Source: Babesia bigemina
Lineage: Eukaryota
Assembly: GCF_000981445.1 (NCBI RefSeq)
Contig: NC_027218.1
Span: 2,542,001 to 2,606,000, forward strand
Direction: 5' to 3'
Length of the DNA: 64,000 nucleotides
Numbering within the stretch: position 1 is the first letter of the stretch; the number at the start of each line of letters is the position of its first letter. Below the pieces are notes generated by a model that saw nothing but the letters and a program-made list of their open reading frames with translations, was not told the origin of the DNA and made no database searches. Below are positions 9,047 through 19,462 of this stretch, one piece after another. Position numbers and translations under genes: made by a program.

Positions 9047-12000
9047 TTAAATAACAAGTTGACCAATAGGGTCCTCGTCGAAGTAGTCGACGTCTTTGTA
9101 AAGTGATAACATCTTCCGTCCTTTAGTGAGTAAGGCCTTGACGTCGATGTGGTGGGAAGCCTTGGTGCGAATAAGGTGTGATCGGATGTGGAGCACGTCC
9201 AGGCGGTACAGCATCGTGTTGGCGAAGATGAGTAATGCTGTGGACCACAGTGCGACGAGAGTGAAGATGAACGGCTCCCGGATGTTGTAGAGGAAATCGT
9301 CCATGGCAGTCATGAGTGATGCGATAGGCTTGCCGGTGATCACATCCTTAAGCTCACAAATGACATCTGAACATGTGAGTGACACCTGCGATCCCACCTC
9401 CGGCGGCGTGAACCCGTGAGTGTAGAGGAGGGGCAGGACATCTGGGCATGAGTGGAGGGATGAACACTTGATACTAACGTGCTTCTTGAGCTCGTAGTGC
9501 AATTTTTCAAGTGACTCCAACAGTCTGTCCGGCAGGTACACCGTCCAGCTGAGGTAGGTGTGGGCGAAGGCATGAGAGTACAGGGCGTAGGCCCGGTAGG
9601 TGATGGGCGAGCAGTGTGGAGGGCAGTTCTTATGGTCATCGCTGCATCCAAGCAGCATGGACAGGGTACGGGGATGTTCCTTGTCGTGGTTGTGGTTGTG
9701 GTTGTTTTTGGATATGACGTTGAGAGACTCGGAACCACGGATGCCCTTGACAGCTTGAAGGTCAGAGTTCTTGAGATGGTCCCAGTCGGGGCAGTCGGCA
9801 TGTGACCTGGTGAGAGATGATCCCAGTGACAACAATTCATTTGAATACACATCATGAAGTGAATTACCGAAATGATGGAAGAACGACACAAGCTCCCCTG
9901 TCGTACGCGGTGTCCTCTTGGTGAGGCAGACAAGATATCTGCATAGCTTCTCGAGTGGGTCGTGATTCTGATAACACGCCCCAGTCAAAAAGTTGTAGAT
10001 GTAAAATCCGTGCTTCGAATCATTACGAAAATTCTTTGCGACGAAACCCATTTTAATGCGGCTCCTTCGGCATACATCATTCCTCTGATACCAGTAGGTG
10101 GAGAGATCTGACTGGTCAGTGAGAAAACCTTGCAGCGGGGATGGATTACAGCCGTGACCTTGTAATTTCATGGGGTCTAATGGATCTTCGGTGCACTGCC
10201 GCGAATAAGATGCCTTTACATTTTTACCGTACTGGCAGTCACGCCATCCACCCTGGTGGGACTCCCTCCGGCACTGAGTGCGCAAAAACGATAACTGATG
10301 ATAAGTGGCGTAGACGTAGCTCAGCAATTGGCATAGAAGCGTGTAGGGGTCTTCAGAGTAGTACATCAGTGGAGCGCCGTAGCGTTCATAATGCAACTTG
10401 TTAAGGTCAATGGGCACAGGCTCTTGGATACCTGCCAGCACGGAGCTCGCGTGGCCACAGGTCTCGGACAAAGCTTCGGTGACATCCTCCGATGAAATAG
10501 ATTCTGGGGAAACATCTATTGATTCAGAACCCTCAAACGAATTCGCAAGGTGATTGATTAAATCGGCATATCCCAGGGCATGCGGCAAATCGCTGATCCA
10601 GCACAGCATCTCACGAAGAGTTCGGGGCGGCGGTATACTGTGATCAGTGCTAGGAACCTTTTTTGTGACCAACTCTGGGGAATACAGCTGACATATCGGT
10701 TCATCAATCATTACCCCTGGATGAGCTTCGATTTCTACCGGAGTGAGGGATTTCCGCGGAGGCTTTGTCTTGGGATCAGCAATGGGATCGCCTGTTGGTT
10801 CCGACGGCACAAAGGTCTCGAAAGCACTGTCTTGTGGAATGTAGACTGTTGGGATATGACTTGGTGTCTGTACAATTGGGGTGCCGAAAAAGTCGGTTGA
10901 ATTTTCCATGGGTAGGACGTCAAGCTGCCCAGTGAGAGGAGGGATGACCTCCGGGAGTATCACGGGCGTACGTTCCGTGGTACGTTTCTGTTTTGTCAGA
11001 TCAATGCCTTCAGGCTCAGAAGCAATGGCAGGAACGGAGAGTGGGTACGGCAGCGGCGGTAAGGGCGATATTTGCTTGGCCTCTTTTAATGGTTTGCCGG
11101 CCGGAATGCCAATGGCGGGGAGTAACGGAAGGGGCTTAGGTGGAATATTTGGAATGGGAATTATATCACCAGTGACTGCAAAGTCGTTTGAACGAATATA
11201 TTTCTGTGCCTCCTGCATTCTCTTCAACTCAGAGTTAGCATTATTTTTCACAACTCTACCTACCATGTCTGCAGGTTGTGGGAATTCGATTTTATCACCT
11301 GACACGAACACGGCACCTTCATCCAAACGCTTAGCCGATTGCGTAATATCTCTTTGAATACCTGTAAGCATGTCACTTTTCTGCATCTCTTGCCATTGTG
11401 CCTGCGCAGATATCTCTTTCTGCAATATATGGTCAGATTCCTCCGGAATCTCTTCGCCGCTTAATTCGAAGGCCAATGAATCGTCAAAACCGTGTAGCAC
11501 CTCTCCTTGAACGTCTAATGCCGCCAGTGGGTAACCACCTGCCATCAACGGCTTCTTAATATCGTCCTTATCTACACTCACAGCTTTTGTGATTTCTACG
11601 GAAATAGGTGGAGATGGGCGAGAGATGTCGACATTACCAACACGCATGTGACTTCTACTGTACAAACGATCCCTTATCGTACTCATTTTATTGTGTGATG
11701 CATTCATATTTTGTATGTCATTGAAAGACTGTAGCTTTAGATCAGGGGCTACGCTGACTGTGATCCCCGTTAACGCATCGAGATCATATGGAGGAAATTG
11801 TTGTGACTTAGGTTTAATAATGTTGCCACCAAGAACCGGTGTGGGTACATCAATCGCATCCACCTGTACGTCACCGCTTCTCAATGGATCGATGGGGTGA
11901 TGTTGAGGACCAGGGTGGCGACTGTTAGAATGAGCTGGTAGTACGGCATTAGGATTGTCAGGCCTTGTTTGGCGTCTGGGAGGATGCGGCATTTGTGAAT

Positions 12001-14359
12001 TTTGTTTTTGTATATTTCTCTCTACAGTCTTTTGAATGTCTTCATCACGCAATTTTTCGTTGACTTTGTCCCATACGGGGTCGGTTGTTTTAGGGTCATT
12101 AAAGTCATACTTCGGTACGCAGTACTCGGGGCCATCAGGCCATAGACTCATAAGTGACTTGCCTTCAGGGCACTTTTTCTGAATCTGAGAATTACCAGCC
12201 CCCTGATCCTTCCCTGCCGTCCCCGGTGAACTTACAGCTCCGCCAACCCCGCCGCCGCCACCTGAACCAGCACCCGAACCAGTGGTTGTCGTAGTAGTAG
12301 CGGTGGTGGGAGCTTGCGGTGTACCTCGACCATTTTGTTGAGTGGTGCTAGAACTAGGCCCCGTACCACCACTGGAACCGGGGACACCACCGTTACCAGC
12401 ACCGGGAGCAGAGGCACCAGGTGTACCAGACCTCTCAGGTTGAACACTTGAAAGCTGAGTGGTAAGATTCTGTGGAGAGGTAGCAGGCTGTTGAGTTTTA
12501 AGACCACCGCCCTGCGTATCATTACCCCGCCCATTACCACCCGGTTGAACAGCTCCAGGAAGACCATGGCCACTACCGGTGCTAGGGACACCACCCGGAG
12601 CAGGGACAACAGATGACTGAGGGCGTGAACTTGTATCACTGGGAGTCTGAGGTTTCGGAGCTGGAGAGGCGGCAGCCTTTTGACCCGGAGCACCACCGCC
12701 ATTTGAACTCCCACTCCCGCCACCTGACTGACCAGGGGAGCCAGTGCCTGCAGGATGACCGGTGGGAGAGGCTGGAGATGGATGCACTGGTTGCGGTGAA
12801 GAAGGCTGTTGCGGTGACACTGTATTTTTTAGTGTAGATGTTGTAGACGTGGTACTATCAGGCCCTTTATTTCCTCTCCCACCTTGAGGCCCTGCCGGCC
12901 CTGGAGCTCCTGCACTACCGATAGGCGGAGATGGAGAAGTTGTGGTAGTTGATGAAGTTGGAGGCTTTCCTCCACTTTGACCTCTATTTTGATTTTGAGA
13001 TGCATTATTACTGCTTTTTGGGTTCTGCTGTCCATTCCCTGTAGTGCCTTGATTTGGAGCTCCGTTGGCTTTTTTACCCTGAGGTGACTTAGCTTTTGTT
13101 GTAGTGGATTTAGTTTCAGTTGGAGGCGACGATTTATTCTCCGGTATAACTTGTTTGGGGGAGTTGGGGAGCTTGGCAGACGGAACCGCTGGTTCTGGTG
13201 GAGGCCTCACTGGGCACGAAACTCTATACTCACCTTCCAAAATTTTTTTAAGTTTGGCCAAACCATCACCCTCTTTCTTAAGCTCACCAATGACAGTGTT
13301 CCAATCGTTTTTCAAAGTTTCCACATCCTTGCTCTGAGCTGTGTAACGATGATCGCTAAAAAACGTGAATCCGTAGGGGAAAAGATTGTGGGTGAAATAT
13401 CCCCCCAGATCCCCGTAATACGGTTTAATTCCCTCCAAGGTTCTCTTCACGTTGTCGAGATTTATCCGAAACCAATTTGCCGTTTCTTTTGCAAATATCG
13501 CTTCGTTAAGCTTTCTAGATTCTGGCGACTGTCCGGTGTGGTCAAAGCGTTTCTTGGTGAACATCCTCCCAAATTGTCTTTGAAGATGTGCGCAATGCTT
13601 TATTAAGTCCTGCCAACATATAGGTTTGCCGGGTGATTCTACATTGTTTCTAAAACTTTCATCTTTTTGTTTTACAATCCCGCAAAACGTCCCCACCAAT
13701 GCAACGGCGTTACCAGCGTTAACCTTATGTATGCCAGCAGTGGACAACGTAGAAGTGACAAAGATATCGCTGAAAAAATTGTGCATGTTGCGATATTTGT
13801 TCAAAATGTTCTCAAGGCCCACAGCCATGTTATAACCCTGGTAGTAACCACTGGCTTTGTTGTATTTTATGTCTCCATACGCGAAGCCTCCGGGCATCAT
13901 ACCGCCGTATTTTGTTTCGTTGGATTGTGCTTGGAGATACTTGTCAAGATCACCGCCATAGTCACCCGCCCAAGACGCCGATCCACCAGGCCAGTCGTGT
14001 TTCCACCCGCCGCCGCCGAGTTTATCGAAAGTCGGATTTACGCAGTACCATAGATAATACATAGCGGCGAGGAATTTGGGGAGACATTCCAACAGAGTGT
14101 TGACAATGTCATTGGGGTTTTGGTTGCGATATTTGCCCGCGTCCGGATTGTAGCATAATCTCGTATAAAAAGCCGACACGTTATTGAGAAAGTGATTTAA
14201 TGACTGTTTTATGTCATGTTCTGTGTTTTTACCCTTATAATAATTCTTAATACGCCCGTGCAGCACAGTTGCCACCTGGGCCCGCATATTAGCATCCTGC
14301 CTCAACCACTCCAGGAACTGGAGACACTCCTTAAGAGTGTTCAGTTGTATATTCGCCAT
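9047..14359 (-). CDS. Large ves/VESA-like variant surface protein (1770 aa)
   Basis: LNTLKECLQFLEWL start; P/S/G-rich middle; RTPRTTGELVSFFH; CSPITYRAYALY; C-terminal TM and HIRSHLIR...LLTKGRKMLSLY tail typical of Babesia ves-family proteins. Confidence 0.85.
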   Translation of the reverse strand: MANIQLNTLKECLQFLEWLRQDANMRAQVATVLHGRIKNYYKGKNTEHDIKQSLNHFLNNVSAFYTRLCYNPDAGKYRNQNPNDIVNTLLECLPKFLAAMYYLWYCVNPTFDKLGGGGWKHDWPGGSASWAGDYGGDLDKYLQAQSNETKYGGMMPGGFAYGDIKYNKASGYYQGYNMAVGLENILNKYRNMHNFFSDIFVTSTLSTAGIHKVNAGNAVALVGTFCGIVKQKDESFRNNVESPGKPICWQDLIKHCAHLQRQFGRMFTKKRFDHTGQSPESRKLNEAIFAKETANWFRINLDNVKRTLEGIKPYYGDLGGYFTHNLFPYGFTFFSDHRYTAQSKDVETLKNDWNTVIGELKKEGDGLAKLKKILEGEYRVSCPVRPPPEPAVPSAKLPNSPKQVIPENKSSPPTETKSTTTKAKSPQGKKANGAPNQGTTGNGQQNPKSSNNASQNQNRGQSGGKPPTSSTTTTSPSPPIGSAGAPGPAGPQGGRGNKGPDSTTSTTSTLKNTVSPQQPSSPQPVHPSPASPTGHPAGTGSPGQSGGGSGSSNGGGAPGQKAAASPAPKPQTPSDTSSRPQSSVVPAPGGVPSTGSGHGLPGAVQPGGNGRGNDTQGGGLKTQQPATSPQNLTTQLSSVQPERSGTPGASAPGAGNGGVPGSSGGTGPSSSTTQQNGRGTPQAPTTATTTTTTGSGAGSGGGGGVGGAVSSPGTAGKDQGAGNSQIQKKCPEGKSLMSLWPDGPEYCVPKYDFNDPKTTDPVWDKVNEKLRDEDIQKTVERNIQKQNSQMPHPPRRQTRPDNPNAVLPAHSNSRHPGPQHHPIDPLRSGDVQVDAIDVPTPVLGGNIIKPKSQQFPPYDLDALTGITVSVAPDLKLQSFNDIQNMNASHNKMSTIRDRLYSRSHMRVGNVDISRPSPPISVEITKAVSVDKDDIKKPLMAGGYPLAALDVQGEVLHGFDDSLAFELSGEEIPEESDHILQKEISAQAQWQEMQKSDMLTGIQRDITQSAKRLDEGAVFVSGDKIEFPQPADMVGRVVKNNANSELKRMQEAQKYIRSNDFAVTGDIIPIPNIPPKPLPLLPAIGIPAGKPLKEAKQISPLPPLPYPLSVPAIASEPEGIDLTKQKRTTERTPVILPEVIPPLTGQLDVLPMENSTDFFGTPIVQTPSHIPTVYIPQDSAFETFVPSEPTGDPIADPKTKPPRKSLTPVEIEAHPGVMIDEPICQLYSPELVTKKVPSTDHSIPPPRTLREMLCWISDLPHALGYADLINHLANSFEGSESIDVSPESISSEDVTEALSETCGHASSVLAGIQEPVPIDLNKLHYERYGAPLMYYSEDPYTLLCQLLSYVYATYHQLSFLRTQCRRESHQGGWRDCQYGKNVKASYSRQCTEDPLDPMKLQGHGCNPSPLQGFLTDQSDLSTYWYQRNDVCRRSRIKMGFVAKNFRNDSKHGFYIYNFLTGACYQNHDPLEKLCRYLVCLTKRTPRTTGELVSFFHHFGNSLHDVYSNELLSLGSSLTRSHADCPDWDHLKNSDLQAVKGIRGSESLNVISKNNHNHNHDKEHPRTLSMLLGCSDDHKNCPPHCSPITYRAYALYSHAFAHTYLSWTVYLPDRLLESLEKLHYELKKHVSIKCSSLHSCPDVLPLLYTHGFTPPEVGSQVSLTCSDVICELKDVITGKPIASLMTAMDDFLYNIREPFIFTLVALWSTALLIFANTMLYRLDVLHIRSHLIRTKASHHIDVKALLTKGRKMLSLYKDVDYFDEDPIGQLVI

Positions 14360-15920
14360 TTCTATTACTTCAAACTACACGCTAAGCGCCTGCAAACTTC
14401 CATATCATGTGAACCAGGAAATACTCGTGTGAGCACACCGCTCAGGTGACGCTGTCTGGAAATACAGGATACTCAAACACGTGCGCGACATGTAAATGCT
14501 ACAAAGTGATTAGTTTATTAACTACATGACGCATTATATTACAACAGTAAAAGACTCATCGTGCCCTCTCAAAACCCACTAGACAGGGCGATTATATTAT
14601 AAACATCCCACCTACCTGTGTAGGCAAGATTGTGACAAGCCCAGGAGTCCGGAGACACCGGATCCTGACGCACGTTGACGTCTGGGACACAACTATCAGA
14701 TGGCATACCCATGAGTTGTCCGAGTGAAGGTCTGGGCAACAGTCGTGGCCCAGCATTGTGACGCCGCCAAGCCGTATCCTCCAGGCACTAGGGGAGCACC
14801 CAGGTATCCGTCATTAACCACTCCGGCAGGATATCACAACGGCGCGTTTCTCACCACAGAAACGCCACACCCAGCCAGTCATAGTTAGACTGATGAGCCT
14901 ACCCCACATATATGTCTACATTATGATTTGGATGTTGTAAACTTAACCATGGAGTAATGCGTCGTATTCGTTACCGTCACAACTACAACATGTCTCGAGA
15001 GCCACACTGCCATATTCTATAACGCTATACACTTTACTCATCCCCACCTATTGTGGGCTTTAAAACATCTACCTACCAACGCTTCGCCCTTCGATTAACC
15101 ACTTAGCTCCAATAATTGGCACTCGATCTCATGTATCATCATCGTCTCTATATAGTCACTATTAAAGCGCAAAACTACTTAAGTTTATGTAAGGTCTAGT
15201 GTCCCAGCCTTGATATCAGTCACCCGATGCAGCTGAGATTTGCCGAACGCCCTTCACCGACATCCAGAACTCATCCCCTTTCCAACACGATTATCATCGC
15301 ATTACTTATTAACATCTCAACATGAGCAATCATATGTTTTGTTGTTGCCCATCCCATCAATCTGTGGGCTGTTACCGAGTTGGGTTGCTCCTATAGTCGC
15401 AGTTTGCATTTACCAATGTGACTTACTGCAACATTACATAACATTTCATCAAGTCTATCGTGAGCACATGACGATGAGTTAAGGCAGTAGGCGTCTGTCT
15501 CGCAACCCATTGTTCGACGCAGCAAGGCGGCTAGTGGTGGTTGCTTGTTAACATTTGTGAAATGAGTGGCATCCATCGCTAAGCACCAGTTATTACTCGT
15601 TTCTACGTATTAAGGAAGTCGTCGGTTTTTGGAATTTTGATCATACATGGAAACGATAGTAGCCCACCTTCCCGGTTTACCACAGTAGAAAGTGTATAAC
15701 GAAGAAGTGAGATGTATTTTCATTTCAATCTAGTAACCAGCCATTATGTTTTACACAGAAGTTATAAAGACTAAAAAGTGCTATTGGATTTGCAACTACA
15801 GTAATTTCAACAAAAACCTATGATGCCAGTGAAGAGACAAACCAACATAACGACCAACATGAACTGACAATTAAAGTGTATAATTGCAAAACGAGTTACC
15901 AAAATGTGAGTTAAGCATTA

Positions 15921-18815
15921 CTAGGCGTAGTAGTTGTCAATCTGGATGGTGGAGAGAACAATACCCTTGATAGTGACACATCGGCACTCCAAGGGCGGCG
16001 TTTCGCGCAGCGCTTCTCCGGGTCCCATCTGCGAACCGTCGAACCGCAAGGTAACGAAGTGGTTGGAATGTGACGCTACTAACGAATTGCTGATGTTGTT
16101 TACGTTGGTCACGTCTCCGTTCACGTAAACTTGGTTAAAGCAATTGGGTGGGTCCAGGACGTAGGGTGCTGGGCAGTAGAATGCTGCCTCGCCCCCAGCC
16201 TGTAGGTCTATCCTGCAGCCGATTTCTTGTCCGTTCTCATCGTAGATTTTGGGTGTCTCAGGCTTGAACAACTCATCTGATTCATAGGTGACACCGCAGC
16301 CTTGCATGTAGGGGTCCGTGGTCTTGATGTTAACGTGTACTAGGCTCCACGCATATTGTTTTGGCGATTCTTCGACCTGCAAATTACGTTCTACAGAGGT
16401 GTTTGAGGTGGACGCATTGCCAGTGGTGGCGGACTCCCCAGATGGTTTAAGTGTTTTGCCGCAGACGAATGTCAACGGAGCGTGGTCCTTGTGGACAGAA
16501 TCTTTGGAGATCAGAATGGCGCTTCCAATAGTTTCTATTCTTAACGATTTATATGCCGTTAAGTGGGTGTAGTTGGTGATTCGTAAACTGCCCGAAGAAG
16601 TGGCCATCGAATCTGTGTATCTCATACGAAGAAGTCCAACTCCATCTCCTGCTGGCTCAATGGCATAATGAAATTCTGCAGTTTGTTCTGGGAGCCATAT
16701 CGTTGCCATATCGTCATCATCTGTTCCAAGGACGAAAGGGTCATATTGCAAAGACGCTGCGGAATCAATGCCACAATGTAGGTTCAAGGTTTCCCCAACG
16801 CGCATTGCAATAGACTCCTGGGGTATATCTTGTATCTTGACACATATTGGCGCTGTTGGTACCTCAACTAACGCTTGTGTATCCGGCCAAACTATCCATA
16901 TGAATGGGAGTGAGGTGTGAAGTGCGCTTTGGCTATTAATTCCGTAGGTATAGTGCTTTTGATGGTCATACTCTAAAATGATCCTGGAGGTTTCGTATCC
17001 ACGTTGATCAACACAGACACATGCATGGATTACGGGATTTTCGTTGCGAAATTCAAAATCCAATACCTTAAATCCTTGCATGGGATATGGTGTTACATTG
17101 CGAAGGGATCCAGGAAATGGCACAATTTGATTGGAGTAGAGATCATATGCCACGTTGTCACAGTTGTTTGGTAACAGCTCTTCATTTTGTCTGCAGCGAA
17201 TGCCAGCTCGCAAACTTCCCCACTTGAGACGAAACGCACACTCATAAATGCCCCCTATACCGTTCCCCATCGAACTAGTATAACAATAATCCTTGCTAAA
17301 ATTGTGATCGAAGAGATTTGTTTGTTCTCGGTCGCAACCCGTAATTGTGTACTGATGAGTAAACGCAAAGGATACATTCACGATTGCGCGAATCATATCA
17401 AAGAGAGCCATGTGTTTGTATATCAACGACCAATTAAAATGGAATGAATTTATACCTCTTATTAGAGCGAGAGGTTTGCCCGCATGGTACTTCAGCTTCA
17501 CCTCTCCCCGGAACATTTGTGAAACATCCAGATCGAGGGCATCTCCAGCAAGGGTTTCATGGTACAAGACTTCCTCGTAAGCATCAACATCATACTGTGA
17601 GCTCAGTTGTCGCAGCCTAAGCAAGTCCGTAGGAAAGAAGTCTGTCTTGAATGTAAACTTAGGAATATTATGAATTAATGAGGTAGCCGCACAATGAGCG
17701 CTACGAGAATCCCAATAGACACCCTTTACTGGGAACTTTATGGTCAACGTACTGCCAGGGTGTAGTACAACGGAACACCAAGGGCCAGTTACTGGGTGCC
17801 ATCGATTGAGGCATATCATGTTTGCGATGTCACAGACGTATTCGCTTTTCGCACGGATCTCAATGGTAGCCTTCACTTGATCTGTTTCGTGATCTTTACA
17901 CCAACATTTACCATTGAAAGGTGGCAGTGCTAATTGATTGAAATATTCGGCTATTATCCAGGGTTTGCTGTTGTAAAAATTCCAGTATGCGTATGGTTCA
18001 GGGGCATCCACAACCTCTCCATTATGGTCGATGAGTGATCTCATGCAATCAGAAGGTTCAATCCTGCCTTCGCAAACAAATCCGATAGGGAGTTTTGACA
18101 TAGGATCCGCCACACATGAACGAACACCGGTGATAGGGTCCACAGTGACCTCACTGTCCAAAGAAAAGAGTGGAGAGGGACGGCTGCCACACCCTTGAAG
18201 AGGCAGATGTCGATTCAACCGATTCAAAGTAAGAACACCCAAACCTCGAGCTGTATGAGCACTTTGATGAGTGAGCGGCGTGGAGTCATCCCATGGGAAC
18301 GTTAGCATCTGGGTTTGGCCATCGAAGCGGTGGCGGTTAAGGTGAAGATAAAGCTGTATTGCTTCAGTCAAAATAAAATCTTGAGGCCCGCAAATGAATA
18401 TCAGACGGTGTTCGGTAATGGCAATCAAATCGTTGGCTGACGTGTTTAAATGCAACTTCGTTTGAGAAACGTCTGGTTCGAACCATATTATTGGAGTGTG
18501 GGCTTCAGAGCGCACGACATCCGAAATGGCAACGGACTTGAACTTGCGATTTTCATTGACATAAGCGTTAAGATGAACGTCCTGATCAACGGTTTGTTGC
18601 GGATGCCAGATGTAATTCGTGTCATCTACGCTGCTCGGGCAGATGGCGGTTACTGGGCCAGAGTAGTCGATGTCCATTTGACACGTTACGAGAGCGTGTC
18701 TGGCAAGTAAATCATCCGGATATGCGAAATCACATATCAATGCATTGACACATTTAATCCAATTCAGAAGCATTGCGCATAGTGTCAACGTGCGCTTCAA
18801 GCGAGAGGGTCCCAT
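15921..18815 (-). CDS. Secreted multi-domain s48/45 (6-Cys)-like protein
   Basis: N-terminal hydrophobic signal (TLTLCAMLLNWIKCVNA); repeated Cys patterns, the last being GC...C...FYCP...PPNCFNQVY...CRC as in s48/45 domains; no C-terminal GPI/TM segment. First ATG is at 18815; 18851 is TTG. Confidence 0.7.
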   Translation of the reverse strand: MGPSRLKRTLTLCAMLLNWIKCVNALICDFAYPDDLLARHALVTCQMDIDYSGPVTAICPSSVDDTNYIWHPQQTVDQDVHLNAYVNENRKFKSVAISDVVRSEAHTPIIWFEPDVSQTKLHLNTSANDLIAITEHRLIFICGPQDFILTEAIQLYLHLNRHRFDGQTQMLTFPWDDSTPLTHQSAHTARGLGVLTLNRLNRHLPLQGCGSRPSPLFSLDSEVTVDPITGVRSCVADPMSKLPIGFVCEGRIEPSDCMRSLIDHNGEVVDAPEPYAYWNFYNSKPWIIAEYFNQLALPPFNGKCWCKDHETDQVKATIEIRAKSEYVCDIANMICLNRWHPVTGPWCSVVLHPGSTLTIKFPVKGVYWDSRSAHCAATSLIHNIPKFTFKTDFFPTDLLRLRQLSSQYDVDAYEEVLYHETLAGDALDLDVSQMFRGEVKLKYHAGKPLALIRGINSFHFNWSLIYKHMALFDMIRAIVNVSFAFTHQYTITGCDREQTNLFDHNFSKDYCYTSSMGNGIGGIYECAFRLKWGSLRAGIRCRQNEELLPNNCDNVAYDLYSNQIVPFPGSLRNVTPYPMQGFKVLDFEFRNENPVIHACVCVDQRGYETSRIILEYDHQKHYTYGINSQSALHTSLPFIWIVWPDTQALVEVPTAPICVKIQDIPQESIAMRVGETLNLHCGIDSAASLQYDPFVLGTDDDDMATIWLPEQTAEFHYAIEPAGDGVGLLRMRYTDSMATSSGSLRITNYTHLTAYKSLRIETIGSAILISKDSVHKDHAPLTFVCGKTLKPSGESATTGNASTSNTSVERNLQVEESPKQYAWSLVHVNIKTTDPYMQGCGVTYESDELFKPETPKIYDENGQEIGCRIDLQAGGEAAFYCPAPYVLDPPNCFNQVYVNGDVTNVNNISNSLVASHSNHFVTLRFDGSQMGPGEALRETPPLECRCVTIKGIVLSTIQIDNYYA

Positions 18816-19171
18816 GGTGATTGATGGCGTTGTCTGTTTCGGGGAGCACAATTCATATAATTGCAGCTGACTTCTTAAATATACAGTTCGAACTGATCAA
18901 ATGTAATAAAACTTTACCACATGTTGATAACGAGTAATTTTTGTGATTGCAAATTACGGTTTTTCCGAGGATAGTAGCAGCCGTCTGGTTAGCTGAGAAT
19001 TTTCCTCAGTAGTTGTAATCGCGAGAATTGATGAATAGACCAGACATATGTAACAACACAGTCCACACATTGAATGTTTTAAATATTTCGGTTCATAATT
19101 TACAACATACTGGTAACGGAAAGGTCATGGTATCAGTCCATCGGACGTATTTGTCGCGTACCGCTGGAGTG

Positions 19172-19384
19172 CTACCGTCACATTTGTGTATATCGGTATA
19201 GAGAAGCAATCAGCTGTCGTTAATACTGATATAATAATTAGTCTGTCCACCGTCGCTACTGCAGAATGCGCAGAGCCCCTTTCGACATACATAACCAATA
19301 ATTCAAAGACAGGCGATGCCTCGTGCGCTTTTCGTTTTCATAACCTGCGGCTACAGAGCCGGGTCCAGGCACGCAAAGAGGCAA
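19172..19384 (+). repeat. Inverted repeat, left arm (pairs with 21786-22000)
   Basis: Aligns by eye with the reverse complement of 21786-22000; the inner ~65 nt differ at a single position. Confidence 0.9.
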
Positions 19385-19462
19385 GCTATAGGTGCAGCCG
19401 ATCACCGCACGTTAGGCAAATAGGTTGGGCAGAGATTACATTAACGCAAGGGGTTTAAAGAG

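Noticed and set aside
19186..19458. Matching peptides (CAFRFHNLRLQSRVQARKEA) in ORFs 19186-19458 and 21682-21906
   Set aside because: Explained by DNA identity of the inverted repeat; non-ATG starts and unrelated ends.
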